From assembly GCA_965217895.1 (NCBI GenBank), contig CBDCJV010000002.1, positions 4,832,001 through 4,896,000 of the forward strand: a DNA stretch of 64,000 nt. Reading direction: 5' to 3'. Both the position numbers and the translations under genes were made by a program. The stretch is from Waterburya sp. (GTDB taxonomy: Bacteria > Cyanobacteriota > Cyanobacteriia > Cyanobacteriales > Xenococcaceae). Every line of letters starts with the position of its first letter. Positions within the stretch are counted from its first letter, which is position 1. Shown here in pieces: positions 49,496-59,901 of the stretch. Below the pieces are notes generated by a model. It had not been told where the DNA came from, did no database searches, and worked only from the letters and a program-made list of their open reading frames with translations.

Positions 49496-50185
49496 TTGAA
49501 ATCTCTCAATTTCTTAACTAACTCTAGTACTAGAAATCGTCAGTTTGCTGTAATTGGTCTAGGACGTTTTGGTAGAGCAGTCTGTGCTTCTCTACATAAA
49601 ATGGGCTATGAAGTTTTGGGAACGGATATTGATGAGAGACTAGTTAATCAAGCTTTAACTCAGAAAATTGCCTCCCATGCTATTCAATTAGATTCTACCG
49701 AACCTGAGTCTTTAAAAGAGGCTGGTATTTTTGAAATGGATACGGTAATTGTGGCTATTGGCAATTATCTCCAGGAAAGTATTATAACCACTCTCAATGT
49801 TAAAGAAGCTGGAGTTGAGCAAGTAGTCTCTAAAGCCTCCTCAGAAATTCATGGTAAAGTTCTGCGACGCGTAGGAGCAGATCGAGTGGTATTTCCTGAA
49901 TATGAAGCAGGTTGTGCCTTAGCTAGTAACCTGACTCAACCTGCCTTTCTAGAGCGTTTTGAACTGGATACAGAAAATAGCATTGTCGAAGTGTTAGTGC
50001 CAAGAGAGTTCCATAACCAAACTTTAGCTCAGCTAGATCTGCGCAAACGTTTCGGTTTAAATGTCTTGGCAATCGGCAATGGAGAAAAGTTTATAACCAA
50101 TCCTAATCCTTCACAAGTGTTAAAAGAGGGATTAGTAATGGTTGTTATTGGCAGTAATAAGAATCTTCAGCGTTTGCCGCTTTAA
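49496..50185 (+). CDS. ktrA: Ktr/Trk regulatory RCK subunit
   Basis: VIGLGRFG, VGADRVVFPE. Confidence 0.92.
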   Translation: MKSLNFLTNSSTRNRQFAVIGLGRFGRAVCASLHKMGYEVLGTDIDERLVNQALTQKIASHAIQLDSTEPESLKEAGIFEMDTVIVAIGNYLQESIITTLNVKEAGVEQVVSKASSEIHGKVLRRVGADRVVFPEYEAGCALASNLTQPAFLERFELDTENSIVEVLVPREFHNQTLAQLDLRKRFGLNVLAIGNGEKFITNPNPSQVLKEGLVMVVIGSNKNLQRLPL

Positions 50186-50229
50186 TGATTATCTAGAGCC
50201 GACGAAGATGGAACTAATTAAACTCAGTT

Positions 50230-50283
50230 TGTGGGCATTATCTAAATAGTCGTTGATGTTAGTTTCTAACGATGCCCACCCTA
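50230..50283. repeat. Degenerate REP-like inverted repeat
   Basis: gtgggcat ... atgcccacccta between convergent genes. Confidence 0.5.
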
Positions 50284-50301
50284 AATCTGATTAACTCTAA
50301 G

Positions 50302-51102
50302 CTAGCTTGAGGCACTGGTATAGAAACGGAGGGCAAACCGCCAAAAAAAGATTGAGAAACTAAACAAGATAAGAGCCAAAATAGCTGCGCCAAAAGTCCA
50401 GATTATTTCACTCCGATTTAACATTGTCTGAGCAGGAATAGTAGTTAAAAATGCTACAGGAACTACAAAAGTAAAAAAGAAGCGATAAACGGCAGGATAA
50501 GCTACTATCGGATAGCGTCCCGCTTCTAATAATCCTCGCAAAACTTCTGTAACGTTATAGACTTTGACAAACCAAATGCTGGTTGCACCCAAAATAAACC
50601 ACAGGCTATAGAGAATGACAATGCCAAAGCTAAGAGGAATCAAACTAGCTAGATAGTCATACCAAGTCAAGCTCAGTTTGTTTCCTGCATAGACTATTAG
50701 AATTGTGCCAAAAAACAGATCGGGTAAACCCCAGGGAGAGATGGTTTTGGTAGACAGCCAAAATTGACTGCTAATGGGTTTTAGTAAGACAAAATCTAAT
50801 GTTCCCTGTTCGACTTGTTTGACAATGCTATTAAGATTTGGCACTAAAAAAGTAGCAGAAAATCCTTGCAAGAGAGTAAACAGGCCCAACACAATAGTCG
50901 CTTCTTGCCAACTCCAGCCTTCAAAGGTATAGCCAGTGCGATAAAACAAAAATAGTCCAAATAGACTGCCAGCTAGATTAGCGATGCTGGTAATAGTAGC
51001 AATAAGAAAATTAAGGCGATATTCTAGCTCTGTGGCGATCGCCGTACTCCAAAACAAGCATAGAATTTTAAAATAACGTTCCATAGTTCCATAGTTTATC
51101 AA
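50302..51102 (-). CDS. ABC-2 family permease (DUF990-like)
   Basis: LEYRLNF, GTLDFVLLKPISSQF, GRYP, RFYTSASS. Confidence 0.88.
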   Translation of the reverse strand: MINYGTMERYFKILCLFWSTAIATELEYRLNFLIATITSIANLAGSLFGLFLFYRTGYTFEGWSWQEATIVLGLFTLLQGFSATFLVPNLNSIVKQVEQGTLDFVLLKPISSQFWLSTKTISPWGLPDLFFGTILIVYAGNKLSLTWYDYLASLIPLSFGIVILYSLWFILGATSIWFVKVYNVTEVLRGLLEAGRYPIVAYPAVYRFFFTFVVPVAFLTTIPAQTMLNRSEIIWTFGAAILALILFSFSIFFWRFALRFYTSASS

Positions 51103-51117
51103 CGAGAAAAAAGATTA

Positions 51118-51315
51118 TCAGGAATTAGACATAAATTTTCGGTAATATTGCTGACCTAAAATTAAGCCAATGACCACTGAAGGTAGCAAGACAATAACTA
51201 TAGCAGTGAGGTTTGTCTCTTCAATCGGTAACTGCTGACCTCCATACTTAATTAAAAAAGACAGTCCAGTCGAGATTAATAAGATTTTAAAGATAAAGCC
51301 TATTTGAGTATTCAT
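51118..51315 (-). CDS. Small 2-TM membrane protein
   Basis: Hydrophobic 65-aa ORF, LSFLIKYGG; co-oriented with the permease. Confidence 0.6.
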   Translation of the reverse strand: MNTQIGFIFKILLISTGLSFLIKYGGQQLPIEETNLTAIVIVLLPSVVIGLILGQQYYRKFMSNS

Positions 51316-51362
51316 CTAATTTTGAGAGTATTACAAAGGAAAGCATCAGCAAGAAATCATCA

Positions 51363-51477
51363 TATAGCCGCACAAAGTTACGTTAGGACATATTTGGTTA
51401 TCGGCTCGAAAGTAACAAGTAGCAAGTAGCAGCTAGCAATTTTATAAAACGTCCTAATCTTGATGCGTAATGCTATA
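51363..51477. mobile_element. MITE-like element, same family as 32904-33204, with only a few heptamers
   Basis: TATAGCCGCACAAAGTTACGTTAGGACA ... CGTCCTAATCTTGATGCGTAATGCTATA; internal AAGTAAC AAGTAGC AAGTAGC. Confidence 0.75.
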
Positions 51478-51531
51478 GATCTTTAATTCCTGTCATGGAA
51501 TTTATATCTAAAAGTAAGTAATTCTTACTTC

Positions 51532-52095
51532 CTATCTCAACTTTTGCTTAATAAACCCAACCAGTTGATTGAACTGTTTCTTCATTTGTTCAGATTCTTT
51601 TTCCAGTTTGGCAATCTTAAGTTTTAAGAGTTCAATCTCGGAAGTTAAAGCAGATGTATCCGAAGTAGTGAAGCTGCTAGATGGTTGAGATAAATCTCCC
51701 GCAATGCTTTGGGGCTGTTTCTTGGCTTTGAGCATAGCATCTCGAATCGCATCTACTAGCTGTTCGCGATCAAAAGGCTTTTCGACAAAAGAAAAGTACT
51801 CAAAAGGCTCAGTAATTTTGTCTGTAACTTCTTCCTTGCGACCAGACATCAACACCAGAGGTATGGAACGAAACTTTTGTTGTTTTTGGATCTCTTGATA
51901 TACTTCCCAACCGCTCATTTTTGGCAGCAAAAAATCCAGCATGATCAAATTGGGATTTTCCGTTTTAATTAGATTGAATCCTTCTAAACCATCTTTGGCT
52001 TCGATGATATCAAAGTTGCCCTCTGGCAACATATCCTTAACTCGCATCCTGATGACTTTACTGTCGTCAATAACTAGAATTTTGTGGGTTGACAC
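51532..52095 (-). CDS. Response regulator receiver domain + C-terminal coiled coil
   Basis: ILVIDDS, LIMLDFLLPKMSG, EKPF. Confidence 0.9.
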   Translation of the reverse strand: MSTHKILVIDDSKVIRMRVKDMLPEGNFDIIEAKDGLEGFNLIKTENPNLIMLDFLLPKMSGWEVYQEIQKQQKFRSIPLVLMSGRKEEVTDKITEPFEYFSFVEKPFDREQLVDAIRDAMLKAKKQPQSIAGDLSQPSSSFTTSDTSALTSEIELLKLKIAKLEKESEQMKKQFNQLVGFIKQKLR

Positions 52096-52271
52096 GTTTT
52101 ACTCCTGAGCGACTAACTTTTCATGCCTGATAGTTACTAGACTGGGTTTGACAGTTAGTTTTGGTTTACAAGCTTAGAGTTCCCTTTTAAATTACTAAAA
52201 TAACAGGAAAAAACATCTAAACAGCAATTATTTTTGTATTCTGTTGTAAGTAATGTTGCCGATCTTTAAGC

Positions 52272-53189
52272 ATGATAAACAAATCTCAACAAATAAATTC
52301 AAGTAGAAATCATTGGCATACTGAATTAACTAGTTTACCTAGTTGGCTAAAAAGAACAATTGGCAAGGCGAGTGAACTTTCTACCGTACAACGAATTATC
52401 AAACAAAGAAACATTCACACTATTTGTGAGGAGGGTAGATGTCCTAATCGGGGTGAATGTTATGCTAACCAGACAGCAACTTTTTTGTTAATGGGACAAA
52501 CCTGTACCCGCGCCTGTGCCTTTTGCCAAGTAGAGAAAGGTCATGCACCGATGACTTTAGATCCTGATGAACCTCAAAAAGTGGCTGATGCCGTTAGTTT
52601 ATTGAGTTTACGCTACGTTGTGCTTACTTCTGTAGCTAGAGATGACTTAGAAGATGGGGGTGCAGAGTGGTTTGTCAAGGTGATGAGTGCTATTCGCCTG
52701 AGTAATACCCAGACACAGATAGAGGTTTTAACTCCCGATTTTTGGAGTGGTAAATCAGCCGTAAGCAGCCAAAAGAATAGAGTTGCAACCGTGGTGGCAG
52801 CAAAACCAGCCTGTTATAACCACAACTTAGAGACTGTGGCTCGTTTGCAAGCACCAGTCAGGAGAGGGGCAAAATACGATCGCTCTTTAAATGTTTTGCG
52901 TTATGTCAAAGAACTAGATCCCACTATTCCTACTAAATCTGGCTTAATGCTGGGTTTAGGCGAAACAGAAGCCGAAATAATTCAAACCCTCCAAGATTTA
53001 CGGGCAATAAAATGCGATCGCCTGACCATCGGTCAGTATATGCGCCCTTCTCTGGCTCATTTGCCCGTGGAAAAATATTGGACTCCTGATGAATTTACGC
53101 GCTTAGGAGAAATTGCTCAAGAGTTAGGCTTCTCTCATGTTCGCTCTGCGCCTTTGGTTCGTAGTTCATATCATGCAGGAGAAGAATGA
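52272..53189 (+). CDS. lipA: Lipoyl synthase
   Basis: [25 protein letters not shown]. Confidence 0.97.
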   Translation: MINKSQQINSSRNHWHTELTSLPSWLKRTIGKASELSTVQRIIKQRNIHTICEEGRCPNRGECYANQTATFLLMGQTCTRACAFCQVEKGHAPMTLDPDEPQKVADAVSLLSLRYVVLTSVARDDLEDGGAEWFVKVMSAIRLSNTQTQIEVLTPDFWSGKSAVSSQKNRVATVVAAKPACYNHNLETVARLQAPVRRGAKYDRSLNVLRYVKELDPTIPTKSGLMLGLGETEAEIIQTLQDLRAIKCDRLTIGQYMRPSLAHLPVEKYWTPDEFTRLGEIAQELGFSHVRSAPLVRSSYHAGEE

Positions 53190-53197
53190 TTTTTAAT

Positions 53198-53282
53198 GTA
53201 GGGGCGAACGGTGAGGTAGCGCGGTCTTGTTGGTTTCCAACAAAGAGCGACTACCGAACCCGAAGGGCCGAACAGCCCCTAC
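53198..53282. repeat. REP-like palindrome interrupted at its centre by a 56-nt structured element
   Basis: GTAGGGGCGAACGG-[TGAGGTAG...CTACCGAACCCGAAGGG, 53212-53267]-CCGAACAGCCCCTAC. Confidence 0.85.
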
Positions 53283-55939
53283 TAGTCCATATTGATCGGA
53301 TCGACATCGATAGTCAGGCTGACAGATTGGGGCAGGTGCGATCGCAGGTTATTTAAGTCAGGTAAATTGGCTCTTTCGGCTGAAGGAAACTTGAGTAAAA
53401 TTTGCCAACGATAACGGCGGGCGACTCGCATAACACTTGCTGGTGCAGGGCCTAAAATGTCGAACTCGGAGTTAAGAATATCGCTCAGGCGATCGCAAAG
53501 AGTTCCAGCAGCCTGTTCTACTTCTTGCGGATCGATACTACTAAGCTTAATCAAAATCAGGTTGCCGTAGGGAGGATAGTTTAATTCTGCTCTCTGGCTT
53601 AATTCTGTCTGACTAAAGCTATTGTAGTCATGGGTTTTGACTGCTTGGATCACGGGGTGTTCTGGGGAGTAAGTCTGCACAATCACTTTGCCTAGAATGT
53701 CTCCTCTACCTGCCCTTCCTGCTACCTGGGTTAAGGTTTGAAAAGCCCTTTCTGCTGCCCGATAATCACTACGATGGAGTAAACCATCGGCGGCGACAAT
53801 ACCTACAACCGTCACACCTGCAATATCTAATCCCTTAGTCAGCATTTGAGTACCGATTAAAAGATCGGCTTCTTGATGGATAAAGCGATCGATTAACTGG
53901 CGATGCGCCCCTTTATTTCTGGTGGTGTCGCTATCAAAGCGAATACACCTAAGTTCAGGAAATAATTTTGCCAACTCCTGAGTGACTTTCTGCGTGCCAC
54001 TGCCAAAAAACTTAAGATAGGGAGAGCTACACTCAGGACAGGTATCAGGCTGCAAGCGAGTATAATTACAATAATGACAGCGCAATAGCTTGGCTGCACC
54101 TTCATGGCTATAGTGATAGGAAAGAGAGACATCACAGTCTGGGCATTCCATCACGTAACCACAACTGCGACAGGAGACAAAAGTACTATGTCCCCGTCGA
54201 GGGATAAATAATATACCCTGTTGTTTTTGTGACTGCATATCAGCGATCGCATTTTGCAGAGACAAACTAAAGATCGAGCGATTGCCTCGATTTAGTTCCT
54301 CTCGCAAATCGACTATTTCTACCTGGGGTAAAGGGCGAGAACCAATTCTTTCGGGTAAGGATAAATAAAATGTTTTGTTTGTTGATTTGGGATCTGGGTT
54401 TCCCGCAATTTCTAGGGGCGTTTCGCGTTGTAAGGGCGATTCGCCCTTCGGGTTCAACAGTTTGCTCAACGGGGGAAACCCCCGCAACGCAACTGTCTCA
54501 CGAATCGCCCCTACTAAACTTTCTAAAGACGGGGTGGCTGAACCCAAAACTAAAGGGCAATTTTCTAACTCTGCTCGCCACTGTGCCACTGTACGGGCGT
54601 GATAGGTTGGAATAGGGCGATCTTGCTTAAAACTAGAATCATGTTCTTCATCCAGGACAATTAAGCCCAAATTTGGCAAAGGTGCAAAGATAGCCGATCG
54701 CGTGCCGATAACTACTTGGGGTTCGCCTTGAATTGTTTGTCGCCAGGTGTCGTAACGTTCACCGTCAGAAAGCTTACTATGATATACACATACTTGTTCC
54801 CCAAAACGAGCGCGGAAGCGATCTGTTAGTTGGGGAGTCAAGCCAATTTCAGGGACTAGAACTAAAGCGGATTTTCCCTGTGCCAAAATTGGTGCGATCG
54901 CCTGAAGATATACTTCAGTTTTTCCCGAACCTGTTATCCCGTGTAAAAGAATCTTGGCATAATTAACCTGAGCATTAATTGCGGTTAAAGCATCTGCCTG
55001 TGCTTGACTTAGTTCTTTTGGTCGATCTTCTGTCTGCATAACTCCTTGCTCTTTACGCAGAATTTCTCTTTCAGAAAGAATCAAGTAGCCTTTGCTTTCT
55101 AACTTTTTAACCGTCGCTGAGGTAGTGCGACATAGCTGAAGCAATTCTTTAAGCCACAGTTCACCACCTCTATTTTTAAGTACCTGTAATATTTCTTTCT
55201 GTCTAGCTGTTAAATCATTTAAAAAACTTGTTGCTGCTAAGGTGACGGCAATTTTTAATTTTGGCTTGGCGCGTTTTGGTGGTTCGAGATAGTTTTCAAT
55301 CCAGCCTCGCTTACTTAGTTCGCGGATTCCCCGACTTGCTCCTTTGATCTGATTTCTGAGATAATTAACGCTATAGTTGCCCTCTTTTTGATTTTGTAGT
55401 AGTTGTAATATATTGCCTGCCACTAGGCTGCAAAAGGCTTCCGCACCAGGGGGAATAGCCTCAGTATTTAATCTAATTCTTCTTTGAGATCGCCCTAATA
55501 AACCAGGAGGAAGGGCAACGCGAATCACACTCATCAAATCGGCACAGTAATAGTCGGCAATTCGACTCAAAAGTTGCCAATAGGTATCGGCAAAAAAACC
55601 CGATATAACCACTTCATCAAGCGGGCGAATCCTATTAATATCAAAGTTTTGCGGAGGAGAGGCTAGTAAACGAATCGCAATCCCTCCAGTTATCTGCATT
55701 CCAAAAGGGACGCTGACAATATCACCTGAGCGTACTACTAAGTCTTCAGGCAGACTGTAGGTATATAGCCCTTGTATTCCAGGACAATCAACTAAAACTT
55801 CAACCCACTGTTGAGAATTGACTTGGTAACTCCCTTGGGGTTCGGCTGCTATCAAACTTGCTTGAGTAAAGGATTGCGATCGAGATAAGTCTTCGTAATT
55901 TAGCCCAGACAAATTGCTATAAATATCAGTTGACATCAA
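53282..55939 (-). CDS. priA: Primosomal protein N' (replication restart helicase) with in-frame repeat insertion
   Basis: HGITGSGKTEVY, LDEEHD, GSATPS, four CxxC pairs, GTQMLTKGLD, QVAGRAGR. Confidence 0.97.
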   Translation of the reverse strand: MMSTDIYSNLSGLNYEDLSRSQSFTQASLIAAEPQGSYQVNSQQWVEVLVDCPGIQGLYTYSLPEDLVVRSGDIVSVPFGMQITGGIAIRLLASPPQNFDINRIRPLDEVVISGFFADTYWQLLSRIADYYCADLMSVIRVALPPGLLGRSQRRIRLNTEAIPPGAEAFCSLVAGNILQLLQNQKEGNYSVNYLRNQIKGASRGIRELSKRGWIENYLEPPKRAKPKLKIAVTLAATSFLNDLTARQKEILQVLKNRGGELWLKELLQLCRTTSATVKKLESKGYLILSEREILRKEQGVMQTEDRPKELSQAQADALTAINAQVNYAKILLHGITGSGKTEVYLQAIAPILAQGKSALVLVPEIGLTPQLTDRFRARFGEQVCVYHSKLSDGERYDTWRQTIQGEPQVVIGTRSAIFAPLPNLGLIVLDEEHDSSFKQDRPIPTYHARTVAQWRAELENCPLVLGSATPSLESLVGAIRETVALRGFPPLSKLLNPKGESPLQRETPLEIAGNPDPKSTNKTFYLSLPERIGSRPLPQVEIVDLREELNRGNRSIFSLSLQNAIADMQSQKQQGILFIPRRGHSTFVSCRSCGYVMECPDCDVSLSYHYSHEGAAKLLRCHYCNYTRLQPDTCPECSSPYLKFFGSGTQKVTQELAKLFPELRCIRFDSDTTRNKGAHRQLIDRFIHQEADLLIGTQMLTKGLDIAGVTVVGIVAADGLLHRSDYRAAERAFQTLTQVAGRAGRGDILGKVIVQTYSPEHPVIQAVKTHDYNSFSQTELSQRAELNYPPYGNLILIKLSSIDPQEVEQAAGTLCDRLSDILNSEFDILGPAPASVMRVARRYRWQILLKFPSAERANLPDLNNLRSHLPQSVSLTIDVDPINMD
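54412..54514. repeat. Nested REP-like palindromes plus 57-nt element, in frame within priA
   Basis: Minus strand: GTAGGGGCGATTCG-[57 nt, 54444-54500]-CGAATCGCCCTTACA-ACGCGAAACGCCCCTAG. Confidence 0.88.
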
Positions 55940-56268
55940 AACAAAACTTTTATTTGCTCGTACAAAAATACTATCCTACATTTTTGTGCTTTTATCTAGA
56001 GCAATTTACTTAAACATAAGTAATTTTACTGAGGAATTTTAAATTTCGTTTACATAAGAAATTATAGTGGTTTAGAAAAAAAGATAACTAGTGTTTCTCA
56101 AGTTACAATTTTTAATTTTAATAAATGCTACCCATATTATTCAGGGTTTCCAAACTAAATAAAATTTGACCAACAAAAATATTTAAGTGTGACTAATACT
56201 CAATTAGTAGCAACGGTCTAAAAATGACCAAAAATAAGTCATAGCTTCCTTATAAACATTCATTTTAA

Positions 56269-56282
56269 GTAAGAACGACTAC
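56269..56282. promoter_or_regulatory. Candidate NtcA site GTA-N8-TAC upstream of sigE
   Basis: GTA agaacgac TAC; no TAN3T at the canonical 22-nt spacing. Confidence 0.3.
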
Positions 56283-56717
56283 ATTTTTTATCTAGATTTA
56301 ATGAAAAAATACAAGATTATTAGCGAGCAAAGTTGCAGCTAAACTGGAGTTTGTTTAAATAACTAAACATAAGTAAACAAAAGCTGTTACTCTTGTTTTT
56401 GCTAGGGATATGCTAAATCATAAATCTCTTCCACTCTAGTTCGTGATAAAAAGTTGTTAAGAAAAAGTTTGTTTTTGTAACGGTAATTAATAAACATGAG
56501 ATTTTAGTCATTAAGATATAAATTAAGCTGGCAAAAAACAAAGTTACTAAACTCAGTTATTTTTCTTTTGACTCTCAAAGTTTTGAAGTTTAATCATAAA
56601 TATAAATAGAGCATAAAAATATAAGTAAAACAAATAAAAATCTATAACATCAGTAAAGGTTAATTATCAATATTTCTTTAAAATAAGACCTCTTTTAATA
56701 AAATAGGAAGCAAAGCA

Positions 56718-57827
56718 ATGACTACAGTGAAATTAGCAGAAAACCATAATTACAGCGTAGACATTTTAAGCAATGAAGATTCGGAATTTATCAAAGAAGA
56801 TTTAAAGCTGGTTGAAGCAGAATTTTCTCTAGAAAATCACTATGGTGCTGACGCTGGGAGTCGGCGCAAACTTCCTTTAGAGGATAATATTGGGGCTTTT
56901 TTCAAAGAAATGGCTCGCTATCCTTTATTGACCGCTGAGGAAGAAATTATCTTAGCCAATGATGTCAAGCTATTGCTTCAGGTAGAAAATACTCGACAAA
57001 AGTTAGCGCAAGAAAAAGAGGTAAAACCAAACAAGGCTGAATTAGTCACAGCAATGGGATTAGAATCAGAACGTCAGCTAGATTTGCTGCTCTACCGAGG
57101 AAAAGTAGCCAAGCGCAAAATGATTCGTTCCAATTTACGTCTGGTAGTCTCCATTGCCAAGCGTTATCTCAATCGTGGTGTACCTTTTCTTGATTTGATT
57201 CAAGAAGGAGCGATCGGTTTAAATAGAGCCACTGAAAAGTTCGATCCTAACAAAGGCTATAAGTTTTCTACCTATGCCTATTGGTGGATTCGTCAGGCAA
57301 TTACCCGCACTATTGCCAATGATGCTCGCACAATTCGTTTACCTATTCATATAGTTGAAAAGCTTAACAAGCTTAAAAAAGCCCAGCGTAACCTAAAGCA
57401 AAAGTTACAGCGCAACCCTAGCGAAACTGAATTAGCCAAAGAATTAAAAACATCTACTTCGCAGTTGCGTCAACTTCTAGAGTTGCGTCGCCAATCTTTA
57501 TCCCTTAATCATCGCGTTGGCAAAGCCGAAGACACAGAACTAGTCGATCTTTTAGAAGATAGCGATCTGCAACTTCCTGAAGAGCGAATGAATGAAACCA
57601 TGATGCGTCAGGAAATTACTGATGTTTTAGATGATGTATTAACACAGCGAGAAAAAGACGTGATTTGTTTACGTTACGGTTTATCCACTAGCCAACCTTA
57701 CACCCTAGAAGAAGTAGGGGGAATGTTTAGTCTATCTCGTGAAAGAGTGCGCCAGATTCAAAGTAAAGCAATGCGGAAGCTACGTCGCCCTCAGGTAGCT
57801 CGTCGTCTTAAGGGATGGTTAAACTAA
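56718..57827 (+). CDS. sigE: Group 2 sigma-70 factor, SigE type
   Basis: IGAFFKEMARYPLL, NLRLVVSIAKRY, YKFSTYAYWWIRQAI, SRERVRQI. Confidence 0.85.
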   Translation: MTTVKLAENHNYSVDILSNEDSEFIKEDLKLVEAEFSLENHYGADAGSRRKLPLEDNIGAFFKEMARYPLLTAEEEIILANDVKLLLQVENTRQKLAQEKEVKPNKAELVTAMGLESERQLDLLLYRGKVAKRKMIRSNLRLVVSIAKRYLNRGVPFLDLIQEGAIGLNRATEKFDPNKGYKFSTYAYWWIRQAITRTIANDARTIRLPIHIVEKLNKLKKAQRNLKQKLQRNPSETELAKELKTSTSQLRQLLELRRQSLSLNHRVGKAEDTELVDLLEDSDLQLPEERMNETMMRQEITDVLDDVLTQREKDVICLRYGLSTSQPYTLEEVGGMFSLSRERVRQIQSKAMRKLRRPQVARRLKGWLN

Positions 57828-58108
57828 TATACAAGTAGTGACGAATAATCAACAATCGAAGCAGCAAGCAGTTATAAGCTTTGAGGCTTCTTTTTTTTTG
57901 TGGCTCAAACCCAATCTACTTTGAAAACCGTAGTTTTTCTTTTTAAGGTTCAAGATGCTTTTTAATCAATGGGCGATCGCCTTTAGGCTAATAATTATAC
58001 TTAATCCTGTTGAGATACATTATTTAAAAGTGTTGAACCGATTGAAATGCTGGAAAATCCAGTAAATTGATGCTTATTACTGACCCGCAGCGGTACTAGA
58101 CGTGTTGT

Positions 58109-59290
58109 ATGAACCAAACATTTAAGAATCTAGCCCAACTGTATAAAGATACTTTGCTCAATGATGTAGTTCCTTTTTGGTCAAAGCATTCGGTTGACGA
58201 GGAATATGGTGGCTATTTTACTTGTTTAGATCGGCAAGGAAATGTCTATGATACCGATAAGTTTATCTGGTTGCAAAATCGTCAGGTATGGACATATTCC
58301 ATGTTGTACAACCGTTTAGATCCTCAGGAAGAATGGTTGAAAATCGCCAAACAGGGAGCAGATTTTCTGGCTCAAAATGGACGGGATGAGTTGGGGAATT
58401 GGTATTTTGCTTTAGATCGAGCTGGACAGCCTCTAGTTCAACCCTATAATATTTTTTCAGATTGTTTTGCAGCCATGGCTTTTAGTCAATATGCCTTGGC
58501 TTCTGGAGATGAAAACGCCAAAGAAATTGCTTTGCAAGCATACAACAACGTATTACGTCGTCAGCATAACCCTAAAGGTAAATATAACAAAGCTTTTCCA
58601 GGCACGCGATCGCTCAAGAGTTTAGCTGTACCCATGATTTTAGCTAACCTATCTTTGGAGATGGACTGGCTGCTTGAGAGTAGTCAGCTAGAAAAGATTT
58701 TAGCAGCAACAGTTCAAGAAGTAATGGGCGATTTTTTAGATACTGAGACAGGATTGATGTACGAAAACGTGACCCCCGAAGGCAAACATTTAGATTGTTT
58801 TGATGGTAGGTTAATTAATCCTGGTCATGGTATTGAAGCAATGTGGTTTGTCATGGATATTGCTAATCGTGGTCATGATTTAGATTTAGTTAATCAGGCT
58901 GTTGATGTAGTTTTAAATACTCTTAAGTTTAGCTGGGACAAAGAATATCAGGGTATTTATTATTTTATGGATGCTCAAGGACATCCCCTTCATCAACTGG
59001 AATGGGATCAAAAACTTTGGTGGGTACATTTAGAAACTTTAGTAGCTTTATTGATGGGATTTAATTTAACTGGACGACAGGACTGTTTAGATTGGTTTGA
59101 AAAAGTTCATAACTATACATGGAAGCATTTTCTTGATGATGATTATGGAGCATGGTTTGGTTATTTAAATAGAGAGGGAAAAGTCTTATTAAATCTCAAA
59201 GGTGGCAAATGGAAAGGCTTTTTTCATGTTCCCCGTGCCTTATATATATGTTGGCAACAGTTGGCAACTTTACATTTGAAATCGAAATAG
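58109..59290 (+). CDS. N-acylglucosamine 2-epimerase (AGE family)
   Basis: [44 protein letters not shown]. Confidence 0.93.
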   Translation: MNQTFKNLAQLYKDTLLNDVVPFWSKHSVDEEYGGYFTCLDRQGNVYDTDKFIWLQNRQVWTYSMLYNRLDPQEEWLKIAKQGADFLAQNGRDELGNWYFALDRAGQPLVQPYNIFSDCFAAMAFSQYALASGDENAKEIALQAYNNVLRRQHNPKGKYNKAFPGTRSLKSLAVPMILANLSLEMDWLLESSQLEKILAATVQEVMGDFLDTETGLMYENVTPEGKHLDCFDGRLINPGHGIEAMWFVMDIANRGHDLDLVNQAVDVVLNTLKFSWDKEYQGIYYFMDAQGHPLHQLEWDQKLWWVHLETLVALLMGFNLTGRQDCLDWFEKVHNYTWKHFLDDDYGAWFGYLNREGKVLLNLKGGKWKGFFHVPRALYICWQQLATLHLKSK

Positions 59291-59398
59291 TTGCTAATCA
59301 GAAACAAAGTCATTGCCAAATCTAAATCTACAATTACAATAAGAACGTTTATAATTTTTGAATAAACAAAAAAATTTTATTACGTTAAATAAAAAATT

Positions 59399-59827
59399 AT
59401 GGTTAGAAGAGGAACACAGGCAGCAGGTGGATTTTTAGCGGGTTTTCGCGACTTCATTATGCGCGGTAATGTTGTCGATCTGGCTGTGGCAGTAATTATT
59501 GGTGCGGCATTTAGTAAGATTATTGATTCTTTGGTAGGTGATATTATTACCCCTGCAATTCTTAATCCAGCTATGAAGGCTGCTGGAGTAGATCAACTCT
59601 CACAATTATCCGCAGGTGGGATTCAATACGGTTTATTCATAGCGGCAGTTTTAAACTTTATAGTAATTGCTTTTTGTATATATGTGCTTGTGCAGGCTTT
59701 TGAAAAAGCAAAAAAACGCGTGATTCGCCAAGAGGCACTAGAAGAAGAACCTGATGCTAATCTAGTAGCTCAAGAAAGGTTGACTGGTGCTATCGAACAA
59801 TTGACTCATGTAATACAAACAAAGTAA
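59399..59827 (+). CDS. mscL: Large-conductance mechanosensitive channel
   Basis: FRDFIMRGNVVDLAVAVIIGAAF. Confidence 0.95.
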   Translation: MVRRGTQAAGGFLAGFRDFIMRGNVVDLAVAVIIGAAFSKIIDSLVGDIITPAILNPAMKAAGVDQLSQLSAGGIQYGLFIAAVLNFIVIAFCIYVLVQAFEKAKKRVIRQEALEEEPDANLVAQERLTGAIEQLTHVIQTK

Positions 59828-59855
59828 AAGCTTTTATAAATAGAGCTATTTTTCT

Positions 59856-59891
59856 GCTAATGAGCGTCTTAGATGACCTCGTTAGCTTTTT
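59856..59891 (+). terminator. Probable terminator after mscL
   Basis: gctaatgag...ctcgttagc followed by T-run. Confidence 0.55.
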
Positions 59892-59901
59892 AATTTAGAA
59901 G

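Noticed and set aside
53212..53267. Hammerhead ribozyme (UGA-stem-GAA look-alike)
   Set aside because: Lacks the CUGANGA and GAAA core and a stem I/III cleavage-site arrangement
54370..54514. Intein or intron in priA
   Set aside because: Too short, no Cys/Ser start or His-Asn end, no group I/II features; explained by palindromic repeats
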